A DNA stretch of 64,000 bases. Origin: Zygnema circumcarinatum SAG 698-1b (Eukaryota > Plantae > Zygnematophyceae). The notes under the pieces were generated by a model. The model made no database searches and was not told where the DNA came from. It saw only the letters and a program-made list of their open reading frames with translations. A program made the translations under genes and the position numbers. Shown here piece after piece: positions 49,961 through 63,546 of this stretch. Within the stretch, counting starts at the first letter, position 1; the number at the start of each line of letters is the position of its first letter. The DNA is taken from positions 2,079,361 through 2,143,360 of the forward strand of contig CM074805.1 in the NCBI GenBank assembly GCA_037447605.1, written 5' to 3'.

Positions 49961-50532
49961 GAGGGTATTATGCTACGAGCTCATATGCCGAACTCGCCAT
50001 ACTGCACGTATTGGTACTACCACCGCTACTAATGATATTGCAATACGCAATATGTGGCAACGTGGGTTTCAATTAGACAAACCAAACCCTGAATGCGGCA
50101 AATGCCGTAAATGGTGGAATAAATACAACAGCTTTCATGAGCACCGGCATTTCCTTGGGCGGAGTCAAAAAAGGACCGGAAATTCCATTTCATAGTGAAC
50201 AAAACGATCAGCTTTCCAATTGAGCATTGCTCAACCGACACAACTTGTGGTATCCTGCATCACTTCCTATGCGACAAACTCGACACCTGTAAGGTACAAC
50301 CAGCTTAACATGAACCTGCCGAAAATCCTACGGGGAACACAACCGCACTCCCACACGTGAGCCAATTCCTCCGCACACTTTCTAAGCTACGACTGATTGC
50401 CAGCTACAGTACACCCATCCTCCACTTCAAAAGTGAGCACCATTTGCATTGGTGCGGCAAGACCTCCTGCACTTCACGTTTGGGATAGAAACGTAAATTG
50501 CGGGAACATATTCCGCCTGTACATCCCGTTGA

Positions 50533-53500
50533 TTACTTGTTTGCAAAAGCGAGTCCTTTCTCGATGCTGCTTTTCAGTTCCTCCTTCATCTTCTCGAGTC
50601 CCATCCTGCATGCAGGAAACAAGACTAGCTATTATAAGTCCTGACAAACTTGGCATTTTAACCTGTCCACTTGCAGACTTAACAGCCTATGTATCAAATT
50701 CCGTTCGAGAGAAGAGGGAAGGGGGGGGGGGGGGGGGGGGGGGNNNNNNNNNNGGGGGGGGGAAGGGAAAAGACAGGTCACTGAGACAGCCAGCATAGCA
50801 TGCAGGACAGATACTACTGGCAACAAAAAGAGGGAACCCAGCCCTTCCACATACGATTAAACTCAGCTGTCTACTTGAGGACAAAAAGCAGCATCATTCT
50901 GACTCGCTAGAAACGAAGATCGGAAGGCTTGAAAGGATAAATAATTCCAAAGACAATCTGTGTGTTTCACCACAGGTAGGGACTTACCTCTCGAATTCAT
51001 TCAGAGGGCCCAAGGGAAGGTACTCCTCGATGCCGTTCCGGCCCAAGACAACTCTTGAGGCAAAGAAGGGATGTTCAGACACCTGAACAAGAAAGGTATG
51101 ATTTCTACAATTCAAATACCGGTCTGGCTTGTCAAGCAAATGGGAGTGAAAATGAAAAGGCTAAGAACTCAGCTCGAACTGACTCACGATGTTCTATGCA
51201 AATGCCTTCAGACAGAAAAAAAACACCTTCAGACAGATAAGGTGAACTTACATTAGAGTTCACATAAGCGCACTCTACGATGCCAGCCTCTCCTCGTAAG
51301 CCACGTAAGCATGATTCTGCAAACTTGGCAGCAGCGTAGGCCTGCAATATTGAAAAGGTCAAATTGTTTCAGCAAGCTGTGAAACGGTTTGCTCACATAA
51401 GAAATTTATGGCTTAGCGGCTGGTAGAGGCGAATGAGAGAAAAGCTGCGGAGGCAGCTGATCCCGCCATGGAGGGTTGAGAGGATGCAAGGGAAACATTG
51501 GCTGCTTGGAGGGAAAGAATCTAAATCCAATTGTATTCGTCTGACGGTTAAGAATTTGAATCGGAAAGTACTGGCGTCAGAAGGAACTCAGCTTCCACAT
51601 AATGGAAAATGCAAGATGCTCTGTAAACGGAAGCACTCTAGCCTTCCAGCACTTCTGACCACAGCAGGGACAGGCGCTTTATTATCCTTGTGTGTATTGA
51701 CTCGAGCGAACGCAAAGAAGCAGCAACAAGAAACAAGCTCCAAGTCACTTACCATAGATAAAGTCGCAGAGCCAGCTCCTGCTTTTGCCTGCAGTTACCC
51801 AAAAAGGACAATGAAGAGTTGGCACAAACATAGATAATTCATGTCCATATGGACCACTTAACGAAAAAATGAGTCGTCCGCCTGACTGACAAAACATCAT
51901 AAAATGCTGCTTCCTTCGCTTAAATCCTCCGTATGCCTCTGTGTGACAAACTTCTAAATGGAGACATCATCCTCTCCTGGGATCTCTTACATTGCTATTG
52001 GCCAGAAGAGGATCTACTTCCAAAAAGTCATTCGCTTACCTCGACAACTTCGGTTCCTCCATTCTGAGTGCGGTTTGTCAAATATTCTGTCTCCTCCTTA
52101 GTAAATGTAAAGTGAGGAGTTACCTGCAAGTTAAATAATTATTGTAAGCCCAGCTTCAACAACTCATATTTGAACTATCAGACTCCATTCGCATGTTCTG
52201 ATGTGTTCACCTGATACAGTACACTTAGCCTATCTCTATCATGAGCATTTGTCTGGTTGTTTCTGTTTTCTTCACGCGCATGCATAATCTACTTTTTATG
52301 AACCTACGACCATTTCTAGGCCTCAGAATTAGAGGATTGAAATTGAAAAGGTAAAAAATAATGATTTGAGGCTCCACTACCTACTTACTAACTTATTACT
52401 CAGGCTAAAAGTGAAGCAAATCCCTGCTCATGTGCAACTTACCAACTTTTATCGTGCAAGGATAAAACTTTCCATTACTTGACTAACTAGTGCTGTGAGT
52501 TATTTCCAGCCAGAGCAAACACACCTGGGACAGGAGGGGAAGAATCGTGATGCCAGCATGACCACCAACTACGGGAACAGTCACTTCCTTGGGATCAACA
52601 CCCATAATCTCAGCCTGTACAAGTTATCCGAAAAAAATGAATTAGAACTGGAAGCACAACTGCAGGCTACTGTACTTAACTTTTGACCCAAACTTTACAG
52701 CAGCATGTTGACAGTGTAGTGATGCTATGCGAAAGACAGGCATCGATGTGATATCACACTACAGGCCCAATAACCACAGTGCACACTCAAATAGTGTCCA
52801 AGCATTTGTCCACCTTTTCATGCTTAAGCTATGCCATATTTTGACACCTACCCCTGGTCGCTCCCATGGAAAGGAAATTATCAGCACTTACCACAAAAGT
52901 GTTCGCACGGACAACGTCGAGGGTCGTCACACCAAGCAACCTCCTGGGATCGTAGGTTCCTGCCTTCTTGAAAACTTCAGCGGCAATAGGGACAGTAGAG
53001 TTGACAGGATTACTGATAATATTGACAATTGCCATTGGACAATGCTTTGCGATCCCCTCACAAAGAGATTTAACGATTCCAGCATTTATATTGAAAAGAT
53101 CATCACGTGTCATTCCCGGCTTGCGCGGGATACCAGCAGGAATCACAACGAGGTCCATGCCATCCAAAGCTGCGCCAAGTTGTTCCTTTCCAAGAAATCC
53201 CTTTACCTGTTTACCATAGCCCACATAACGTCAGGAAGAAAATGAGAGAGAGGGGTGCCGACAACTGAGCCAGCTCAGATTATCATGAGATAAGTCACTG
53301 CGCTAAGATGGTACAGAACGTGGAAGTAATCGCAAAGTCAACATAAATTCTCAATTCCACTCTCTCGCACAATTACAGACAAGCCAGACGTTCACGTAAA
53401 TTAGCACAACTAGGAATGTTTAACCTCCCTTGAGGATAAGGTGAAGACATCTTCAATGCCTATGCGGTTTAACACAGGCTCTGAGGAATAAGCAGGCCAT

Positions 53501-54278
53501 ATCTATAAAGAAAAATTTCAGCGAGCACCACTACAAACGGAAATCTATGACATAAAAGTAAACTGCAAAAAAACATCCATCAGCCGGCTGATAGAAACGT
53601 AAGAACCTGTCAAGTTAAGGCCGTTTCTGTAAATAAAGCGTATCGAATAAAATAACTTACAACTGCAGAGGTGTTTGTGTGACTGAGGTCAGCAGTGACC
53701 CCCGGAGTATTTGCAACATCATAGAGATGTAAAGTAGAAATAAAGGGATTAAGCTTCAATAAGAGCGCAAGCGGCTGTCCAATACCGCCTGCAGCTCCAA
53801 GAATAGCCACTCGATACCCACTTGCGGCTCCGCGAGCTCTCGTCTCTTCCATACGCAAAGAAGAAACCTGCGTCCAAAGGAAAACAAGTCGACGGAGAAG
53901 GATCCAACTTAATATTCAAGCCTTCTCCAGCGGTCGTCTTCTTCAGCAGCACCCACTGAAACAGTTCAGTTCAGTTTGAGTCAGGTCATATCTCAGTCTC
54001 GATGTTTCCAGTTCAAGCACGCTTCCAACTGTTGGGCGAAAGTGCGATATCAGAAGCACCAGTTCCGTTTCACCGTGTTTATCTTGCAAATTAGCAAACA
54101 GGCGGGACACCCCCTTTTTAAACTGAGAAAAAATCCATTCAGCGCCAGTCTCCAAATTTAATTTCCCAAAAAAAGTTCTTGCTACAAGCAAAGCAAAGCA
54201 CTGCCGACAAACCTCTTGCCGACCTCCTGCCGGTTGCAAATGAGACACAAGACGGTTAATTCTGTCAATGGGCGCCAT
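50533..54278 (-). CDS. PMDH: Peroxisomal/glyoxysomal NAD-malate dehydrogenase
   Basis: N-terminal PTS2 RINRLVSHL; [96 protein letters not shown], final exon [23 protein letters not shown]. Confidence 0.95.
50744..50753. other. Assembly gap (10 N) within a poly-G run in a PMDH intron
   Basis: N run in the sequence. Confidence 1.
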
Positions 54279-55152
54279 AATCGCAGAGAGGAAGCAAAAG
54301 AAGCGCCGGTCGTCTCAAGCTCCGGCTTGCGTGGCGCAAGTGAGGATGCCCCGCACTGACCACAGGAGAGTCGCGGGCCGGGCCCTATGAGGCGCTGACG
54401 CTGGCAAGCTGGGCCCTCCCTCCCTCTGCCCGCAGCCCCGGCCGCGGCGGCAGGGCAGGTGCACGCGCGGGTCCCCGCCCGTGTGAACGAGCGCGCCGCC
54501 GGCGTCGGTGTGCGTGTGAATGCCCTCCCGCAGATCAGGACGGGACCGCCTCCGAGTGCCTGCGTGCCAGCGTGGCGCGGGGTCGAGGCGGATTCGACGC
54601 CACGTGGCGACGCATCATTGGAACGTTTCGGGGACCAAAAACGCGGAGAGGAGGGTTTTGGAAAACGCGATCGTGGTGGCCACGTCGGCGCCACGTGGGC
54701 AAATAGGACCGCTCGGGGTGGTCGCCAGGGGGGGCCGTAGCACCGGACAGACAGGTGGAGAAAAAATGTAACATTTATTTACATTTTATTTCTTTTCCTC
54801 AACGTTCAGACCAATTCAAGGTTGAGCATTGAACACGAGAGGTCGGACTCGTTCGTTTCCATTTGAAACATTGAAAACAATATGAAAAGAAGTTTGTGAT
54901 TCGGCCCATGGGCCCATGAAAAGCGTGGAACCATACACATGCATGCATTGTCAAGTTGCCACACTGTTGTTCCGCTCTTGCCACTCTTGGAGAGTTTGGG
55001 CCGAAGCGTCCGAGGACGAGGGATGCTGCCCATATGAAATGATCGAGGCCTAAATTAGCCGTAAGGCGAGCCGCGCTAGGACCAGCAAGCATTGGGCATG
55101 CGATGACTGGAGCCCGAGGGTCCTGCAGTGCGCTGCCCATGCGAGGGTGGCC
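54279..55152. promoter_or_regulatory. Divergent (head-to-head) promoter between PMDH and DJ-1
   Basis: 874 bp between the two ATGs; palindromic G-box GCCACGTGGC at 54599-54608, further CACGT cores at about 54680-54700, tandem site II GGCCCATGGGCCCA at 54903-54916. Confidence 0.7.
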
Positions 55153-58100
55153 ATGGCTGCCCGCCACGCCGTCCGGCTGCTGGCGCCGGCGTCCGCGCCA
55201 CGCGCCTTCTCAGCCGACGTGGCAGCAGTCTGCGAGGGGCCGTCTGCCACTTGCAGGGCAGCAGCAGCACATGCCAGTCATGGCCGCCCGCTGCCTCTCG
55301 CCTCCCTGAAAGGAAGCTTTGTCTCAATTGCGGCGCTGCGTTTGTCGAGCGTTGCGGCTGGCAGGAAAACTGCCTGTCGTGTGCAGAAGGTTGTCAGAAT
55401 GAGTGCTTATTCGGCGGCATCCGGCAATGGAGCAACGGCAGTAAGACAGGTGTATAGCTGCGCTATTTGAACGGGCTGAGTTGAGATTGTGAAAGGAGTA
55501 CTTCAATTTCATGCAAAGTTTTTGTTAGCTGTGATCGTGTACGAATCTTCAAGATGGTGCAGTCGAAAGGTTTGGGCTTCAAGTTAGAAAGCATGCTGAA
55601 ACCTTCGAAGCGGAGGAGGATGTGGAGACCATCTTTCCAAAGTCTTTCGATTGCCAGGGTGTCTCCCTTTGGATATGCTCTTTCGGGAAGCCCTTGCATG
55701 GCTGTCATCAATGTGTTGCGCTGTTGATGCACGGAACCTGAAGCTCTGGAGTGTTGGTGGATTCTTCAGGTGCTTGTGCCAATCGCCAATGGCTCGGAAG
55801 AAATGGAGGCTGTGATTATCATAGACGTGCTGAGAAGAGCCGGAGTAGATGTCACCGTTGCATCAGTTGAGGAAAGCTTGGAGATCACTGCATCTCGCAA
55901 AGTGAAGCTCGTGGCTGACAAGCTGATTGGAGAATGTGAGCAACAGAAGTACGACCTCGTGGTTTTGCCGGTAACTGCAGCATAAATCTTTGTAGAATCC
56001 AACCCATGTTTCTGTTCCCAAATTCGTCACTAAAACTTCACTTTGAAGCATATCGCAATAAACATTAGTAGGCTTCCGAGCTGAGCACTGACATGATTAT
56101 CGATTTGTACGTATTTGCTCATTCACAAGGAGATATCGTTTGCAAGTTTATCCTGGAGTTATTATTTTTTACCAATTGCATTTTAAGTAATTCAGGCAGG
56201 CCAATCAGACAGGCAGGTATTCATTTTATCTTCCTCACGTTGATAAAGTTCATTACAGTTGGGCATAATAGGTCCAATCATTTTTTTGTCGTTTCTGAAA
56301 GTAACTCCACTAAGCCGTCGGTAATGTTGTGCATAGATCAGGGCGGAATGCCAGGAGCAGAGAGACTGCGAGACAGCGCTTCATTGAAGCAGATTGTGGA
56401 ACAGCAAGCAAAGGAAGAGCGTTTCTATGCTGCCATTTGTGCAGCGCCAGCTGTTGCTTTGCAGACTTGGGGACTCTTGGAAGGCAAGCAGGTGAGGCAA
56501 GGAAACATGTGTCCTTATCATAAAGCTTCCATGAAATAGCCTGGAACGCCATTGCAGCTGAATGTTGTTACTTGCAGCTGGTTGCTGGCGACTTGTCTTC
56601 TGGCTGGCTAAAAACCAATTTTTGCATGAAATGTGACTATTGGAATCCAAAAAGCTCCCATTCTTGTGCTTTGCGATTGTGCACGTAAGCTTGTACGGAG
56701 TTTCAACATAATATATGTTCGAGACGCCAGACTCGCAAAACAACTGCAATGCATTTTTGTAGCTAAATGATCTTCACTTTAAGAAGCTCCAAGAGACTGA
56801 GATTCAAGATTTAAGGGATTGACGAGTTTATGATTCGTTGTGGCTAAATTGCTCATTTGCAAGCTTCTTTATCTTGGAACTCTACCCACCTGCACGTTTT
56901 CATACCATGCTTTCTTCATCTAGGCCATTCGTGTTCAAACCATAAGCATGCGGCCGGATCTTGTCAGAAAGGGGTATTGAGCCTTCAACTGTCTTCTCCA
57001 TTTTAATTTGCTTATGGTTCTTTCTGTGACGAGATACACTAAGTTGATGTGTCGCTCGTGCTAGCTCATGTAGGCTGGCACTATCCTACAAAAAACCCGT
57101 CATATGGAAATGTATCCCCTGTGGTGCCTGTTGCACTATATTTAAGGTGTGAAAAGCTGATCGCCGTTGGCTGGGTACTGGGTTTGCTTTAGGCAGGTGA
57201 CGGCACATCCAGCCTTTGTTAGTAAGCTGGCGGATCCAAGTTATGCAGAACGGCGAGTTGTTGAGGATGGCCTTGTGACCACAAGCAGAGGACCCGGCAC
57301 TGCATTTGAATTCGCTCTCAAGCTTGTTGAGCGACTTTGCGGACAAGAAAAGGCAGAGGCAGTCAAAGGCCCAATGGTCAGTCTGACTACGGGTGTTCAT
57401 TTGGAGTATCACAGTCTTCCCACCAGAGCAGGGAGGTGTTTTAACTGCATTCTGGCTTAGCTTTGCTAGAGTAGACAGTGTTTGCATAAAGGAATGAGCA
57501 TGTCGTCTTTTGACCGTTGAAAGTGGAGGGCGATGATGAATGCGGGAGAGGTTCCCAGAAGACGAAAAGAGAACTTGGATAGGCTGAAGGCTGAATTTAT
57601 GAGCCAAATTAGGTGAGGTGCAGGCAGGCTCGAGTTTCTTGGAGGTTGTGCAGATTGTGGAGGTTAGTCCTCTTGAACGACTGGGCTATCCCTTTTGTGA
57701 ATAAGAAGCTTTTCTGTGGAGGGGCAGGTTATGCGTAATGATGATGGTAGCGATATTCCTCGACAGGAATATGGTGTGACACCTTATAGCGCCAAGAAAT
57801 CAGCACCAGTGGTGAGAAGCGCGCTTTTTGAATTGGTCGAAACAAACAATACAAAAGTCGGGTGCTTTTCAAGCTTCGGCAGTCCAGAGATCAGTCAGTC
57901 AGACTTACTTAGAGAGTGATAGTCCATTAGTGAAAAGGAAGAGATTGCGTTTGGTGCGAAGGCAAATTTCTGGATGTGTATTGATGCTATCGAGAATACC
58001 AGTGATCATTGCTCGTTTGCCACCCATGAAGAAGGATGAATACGTACATTATACTTACAGTTTTTTTTCTTTTTTTCTGCACAGGTTTTAGTCCCAATAG

Positions 58101-59218
58101 CAAACGGTTCAGAGGAGATGGAAGCAGTTATTGTAGTTGATGTACTTCGAAGAGCAGGGGCCGAAGTTCTTGTGGCATCAGTGGAAAAGTCATTGGAGAT
58201 TGAAGCATCTCGAAAAGTAAAAATTGTCGCAGATGTGTCTATTCAAGACTTGCAAAACACGGAGTTTGACCTTGTCGTGCTTCCGGTATGCTGACATTGC
58301 TCAATGCAAATATTTGCAACTTAATTCCTCTTAAAGAGCTTGGCTCTAGAGAATCAACACCAACATAGTTAATTAGTCTATTTGTTGAAAGTGAGGTCAG
58401 TGTATAATACGAACGAGTGATTTAAGGTCATGCTTGGTTGCCAGTTACATGCGTGAGATCCGATTTTACTGTCGAATGGAAAATCCAGTCAAGGAGCATT
58501 TTTTTGTCTTCCTTGGTACTCGAAAATAGCTAACTTATTGGAAAAGTGCACATGGCGCTGGGTGACTCTTTTCTACCTTTGTCCATAGACTTGGATATTC
58601 ATAACTGGAAGTTGCCCCTTGCTGTTATCAGGGAGGCATGCCGGGAGCGGAGAGGCTGCGAGATTCCTTGGAACTGTCAATCATATTGGAGCAGCAAATC
58701 AGAAAGAATCTCCTCATAGCTGCCATCTGTGCAGCACCCGCAGTTGTCTTACACTCCAAAGGTTTGCTGCAGGTAAGTTGCGACTCCCGTATCATGTGCA
58801 CCTTTTTGTTTTGGAACAGTGCTATGCATTCATATGCATTGATCAAAGCCTGAATTCAATCTATTTGAGAGATCTGTTCTGTATTCTTGTAGAAATTCGC
58901 GAGATCTGAGATGGGTTTTCTCTGAAATTTGACTTCGTCTTTTTCGTCATGTAGGGGAGCGTTTTCTAATTGATTCACGTTGTACCTGTATAGGGCAAGA
59001 AGGCGACTGCCCATCCAGCCTTCTCCAGCCAACTCCCAGACCAGACGGCAGTGCAGGCCCGGGTAGTGATTGACGGGGTGTTGACTACTAGCCGGGGCCC
59101 TGGAACGGCCATGGAGTTTGCCCTGGTTCTGGTGGAGCGCCTCTTTGGCATAGAGAAGGCGGCAGAAGTGGCAGCCCCCATGGTCGTCATTCCAGCCTTG
59201 CTGCCTGTTCCGGTCTAA
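55153..59218 (+). CDS. DJ1: DJ-1/PfpI (glyoxalase III-type) protein with two tandem domains and an N-terminal organellar transit peptide (DJ-1B/C clade)
   Basis: Two copies of [23 protein letters not shown]...[18 protein letters not shown]...AAICAAPAV...TAHPAF...[13 protein letters not shown]; catalytic Cys kept in both domains. Confidence 0.95.
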
Positions 59219-60226
59219 GTGTGGGAGCCAAAAGGCAGGCCTTGGCCATGTGATGTTTCGGCTATGGCCTCCAGTTCAGCACAGTGGCCTTACGTGATCC
59301 CCGGCGACCACTTTTTGAGAGAGTAGTATGTCCGGAACTTGTTCTAAAGGCTGGATCGGGGAAGATGATGGGCGTGGGCTTGTCTTGTACACACACACAC
59401 ACACACTGCAAATTGGCTCAAGAGAGAAGCCTTTTTAAAGATAGTAAGTGGGGGGTGCCGTAGGTGGATCCGTTTGAGACATGTTACCTGACATATGGTT
59501 GCTCGCTGGAGCTGGGAGTGTCTGCAATGTCTGCATTTGGGATCCATCGACTCATGGGCTCATTTGAGTGCGTACCGGATTCATTGTTGAGAATGACAAG
59601 TGAAATGTGTCGCTGCTGAATATGACATTTCCTGCCTGTGAAACCCATGCTTTTGCATGGATGGCGGCTGCATGAACGTCACGTGGGCCTCATCTAACCT
59701 AATCTAATAAGTTGGCATTGATTATGGATCCACTTCATCAGCACAAATCCATCTGCCAATCCATCCCACCCGTAACCATCCATCGTTCATGCATGCATGA
59801 CCATCCATCGTGACCATCCATGCATGCTGTGTCGACCCATCAGAACTTGTCGAAAACGAAACCCTAAAAAGTTTCAACCCCAGCCCTCGGACGGCCACTA
59901 CGGTGGCGGATGCACAGGTCGAGTCTGCATTCGCTATTTTTGGCAGCAACTGCCAGCGGGTTTTCTTTTCTCACCATCGGTCGTAAGCTGCGGCTGGGGA
60001 TAATCTGCGTATTTCGAGTTTCTGGAGGCCCTGCTTGTGAGAAGCTTGCGGAGTCATGGCGGCGCAGGTGCTGCTTGCAGCGATGTTTCGGCTGAGGCTG
60101 GAAGATGCGTTCTGCGTTCCAGGTCCTTGATGCAGCTGTAAGCTGCCAGAGCTCGATCTCCTTTTGGTCGTCTGGGTGGACTTCTTGGAGATTTCTATCG
60201 ACTGATAGTATTCGAATCGGGTGGGC

Positions 60227-61450
60227 ATGCACTGCGCTTTACCGAAGCAGCTGACGAAGATGCCTATAGGTGGCACATCGAGCCCTGAGAGAGTGTTTGA
60301 AGCTGTTGACGTTGAATGTTGTGAGAAGAAGACATATCGCCGACTTAAACTCTCGAGAAAATCCTTGAGCTCATCAAATTTGCGAACTGATGACCGGGGC
60401 TGGACACCTTTACATATCGCTTGTAAAGCTGGCGATCTGAAGGAGGTTAGTTCCACGTCTCTGCCAACTCAGAATTCATTGATTGCTAAGGACTCGGTTA
60501 CAAATATCAGCGCCAGTCGGCTGAGTGTGAATCCGAGGCATGTACCAATTAAGCATGATCTGTTTTACAGGTATGTCGGTTATTGGATACTGGGGTTGAC
60601 GCTAATGAAGCCTCCCAAGGGCCAAAGGCGCCTGGAGCAACACCTCTGCACCTCGCGGCCAGTGGTGGGCACGTTGAGGTTATGGACTTATTGTTGGAAC
60701 GAGGAGCAAACATTGAAGCGAGGACCAAAGGAGCCTGTGGATGTATGTTTTTTGGCCTTTGCTATTAGGGTTTTGCTCTGTGATAAAGAGGATTATGCAT
60801 CGGATTTATGATCGGCTGCGTGTGCAAGGCCTGCTCCGCCGTGCTTTCCCACAAGCCTTTTTCAGAGCAACTTTGCTTCGTGATTTCAGTACTGGTGATG
60901 TTTGCTTACATCTAAATTGGTGATTTAATGGGCGTTGCCAGCGTCTCCCTGTCTTCTGTAGTAGATGATTGACATGAGATACAGGATTTAACCTCTTCCA
61001 CTCTGGAAATTGCTGGAGTGCCGCCATTAGAAAGTCACAGGGCTCTGAACTGAAGTTGGCAGGACTTTTTACTACTGCAATCAGTTCTTTTACTCACGGC
61101 ACCTAAACCACTCGTCTCAATAAGCAAATACCATATGTTTGCCGCAACAATTGCTGCGCGGAAATGGAATTGCAGGCGGTGTAGGGCATGTAAATCGAAT
61201 GGATAAGCTGTCTGCAGAGTTTTGCGTGAGTTGATAATGGAATCGCCAACGTTGGACCTTACTTGCAGGGACACCTCTTCATCACGCTGCAAAGGAAAGG
61301 AACAGGAAGGCGATTCGGTTCTTGCTCGAAAATGGAGCGTTTCTTGCAAAGGAAATTTCAGATTTACGATTCAATCCTCCTCTTCATTACTGCCCCGGTT
61401 TGGAGTATGCGTACATGTTCTCAAAGAAGTTGGAACGTTCGATTGACTGA
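60227..61450 (+). CDS. PIA2-like: Phytochrome-interacting ankyrin-repeat protein (PIA1/PIA2/ANK6)-like, at least 3 exons; start codon uncertain
   Basis: DDRGWTPLHIACKAGDLKEV, TPLHLAASGGHVEVMDLLLERGANIEART.G.CGWTPLHHAAKERNRKAIRFLLENGAFL...RFNPPLHYCPGLEYAY, matching the PIA2 signature. Confidence 0.88.
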
Positions 61451-62320
61451 CATAAGCAACTGTTTGACACTTTTACCAGTCGTTCAGCATGACAATTAGG
61501 GCAGTGCTATTTACTTTCAAGCAAACGAATGTAATTGTAGTCTGCAGTCATTTTTGTGGCTCTGCACCAGTATGTTTTGAACAGTTCTTTTTATTTTTAG
61601 ACAATAATCTCATGGTTGGACAATTGTCCAAGCATTGACTGGCTCATAGATGTTGTTGTCAATGTAGAGCCTCCGAATTTTCTTAACGAGTAACAACGAC
61701 ACCGACTGTTCGATCCAGGGCTTGGCGACTGTTCAGATTTTCCTTGAACGCATTTGCAAATCACTGTTTATAGTGTGCAAATTGATTATTGCCATCTCCA
61801 TCATTGTTTATTTCTTATTATAATTATTGATTACAGAATAGTTTATTTCAAGCCAAAGGGCATCCCTTTTTTGAAGCAATGTCGCCATAACTAGGTAACA
61901 AAGACTTTTGCACAATAGATTTTCCCGTAAGACATCAAGGGAGCTGCATTTGGTGAATGCGCAAGTCGAAGAAATCCGTATTAAGGCACATTGAAAACTA
62001 ACAACCGTCTTTCCTACGTTGATCTATCTGCCTCTGTTGAAAACTAATACTTTCAACCCCATGTTTGGCAGTATGGCTCTCGTCAGAGTCAGGTGCGGAT
62101 GTGAGGACCGCAAGAGAAGGAAGAAAACATGCGAAAGTAATCACGAGGAGTCACATGACGGCAGATAGTCACACAGCAAACAAAAGTGAGAGAAACATGC
62201 CAAAAGTAGCTTCGTATATACTAAAGCCATAGAATAAACTTTGTCACCGGAAGACCAGCGACGCGAGCAGGTGTCAGCATACAAAATTGGAGTGCCTTGT
62301 GACACTGAACAGAGTACCTG

Positions 62321-63148
62321 TTACAAGGGCGGTCCTTTTGACACCGATTGGCCAACTTGGGACCTGTTCAAGGCTTCTTTAGCGGCCAGTTTCTTCTTCA
62401 CCTCCTCCTGCAATCTCAACACCTCCCTTTCCATTCGGCGCATGCCCCTCCATGCATACGTTGCGTATAGACCCAGAGACGCTGCAGCCGCAACAATGGT
62501 CCAATTGTACTCTTAAGTAACAACGTCGCTCCCAGGTATCTCCGTTAACTAAAGAAAGAAAACTAGCATAGGGAAAGGCACACGTGAACTTGCAAATTTT
62601 CGAGAGTAAAGGACATCTAAGAGAGAAAGGTAATAGATTTAGAAAGGATTGGTTGAGCGTACAGTCGATATAATATGTGCAACAGTCGAGCAATTCATTG
62701 CGTCCGCAATTGTTCAAAACAACGACACGTTTCAATAGAGGGGTTGAGCCCTCAGCGTCCCTTGACTTATCGAAAAAAGAAAACTAGACTCTGAAGCATC
62801 GAAAATTTGAAAAAAAGGGCTTTCCTGACCCGTGGTGACCTAAAATAAATGGCCCACGCAATGCCAGGAAACGAGAACCCGTTGAAAGTCTGGAAAGTGA
62901 ACACCCTCATGGACGCAAATTCTGAACATCGATAACTAGGCCATGCCATCTTAGAAAGCAGGCCCTCCCACTCCAGCTCCCATTACCCGTTTTTAGGTCA
63001 CGGGCGACTCACCAAACACACAAGCGTACGAAGCCCACACGTACGGATACTCCTCCGAATGCCTCTTCACTCTCTCCAGCTTTGCAAGCACCGTTTCTGT
63101 GGACCGCATCTGCTCTCCTTCTTGCCCCGTCCGCTGGGAATCGCCCAT
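62321..63148 (-). CDS. 98-aa small single-pass membrane / coiled-coil protein of a conserved plant uncharacterised type
   Basis: Exons 63148-63013 and 62481-62321: MGDSQRTG...SEEYPYVWASYACVFASLGLYATYAWRGMRRMEREVLRLQEEVKKKLAA...PPL*. The YPYVWASY...W R..R..E..V..LQE pattern is recalled from plant hypothetical proteins. Confidence 0.7.
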
Positions 63149-63536
63149 CCAAATCTTCAGTAGTTTTCCTGCGGCTGGGATGAAATCAGACCGTGTGCAC
63201 AGTCGATGAACAAAGCCAAACGAAGAGCTGCAAAAATTTGCAGCGATAATTAGGGTATCTTAACATTTTAGGTTTGAATCCGCCCTCCGAACGCTCTCTG
63301 CCCAAAACTCACAAGGCAGTCAGTCCCCATTCCCAGGCAGCAGGCAGGGTCCGCAGGGGGCTCTTCCGTACTCATTAGAAAGCAGGACCGTACCGTACCT
63401 TTTCGTTTCGTACAAACCAAGATCCATGCGCCGAAGTGAGATTTGTTTTGCGGAACAGCGAACTGGATATGTTTTTCACATAGATTTTGGATCGTCATTT
63501 GTTGCTTTCGATTAGAAATTTGACCACTTAAAGTAT

Positions 63537-63546
63537 GCCACGTGGC
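63537..63546. promoter_or_regulatory. Palindromic G-box (GCCACGTGGC) upstream of the 98-aa gene
   Basis: Directly read; similar CACGTG boxes occur in other GC-rich promoters of the window (about 6016, 14317, 15082, 36281, 54599). Confidence 0.45.

Noticed and set aside
55153-59218. Internal duplication of the DJ-1 domain
   Set aside because: Known, standard architecture of plant DJ-1 proteins.
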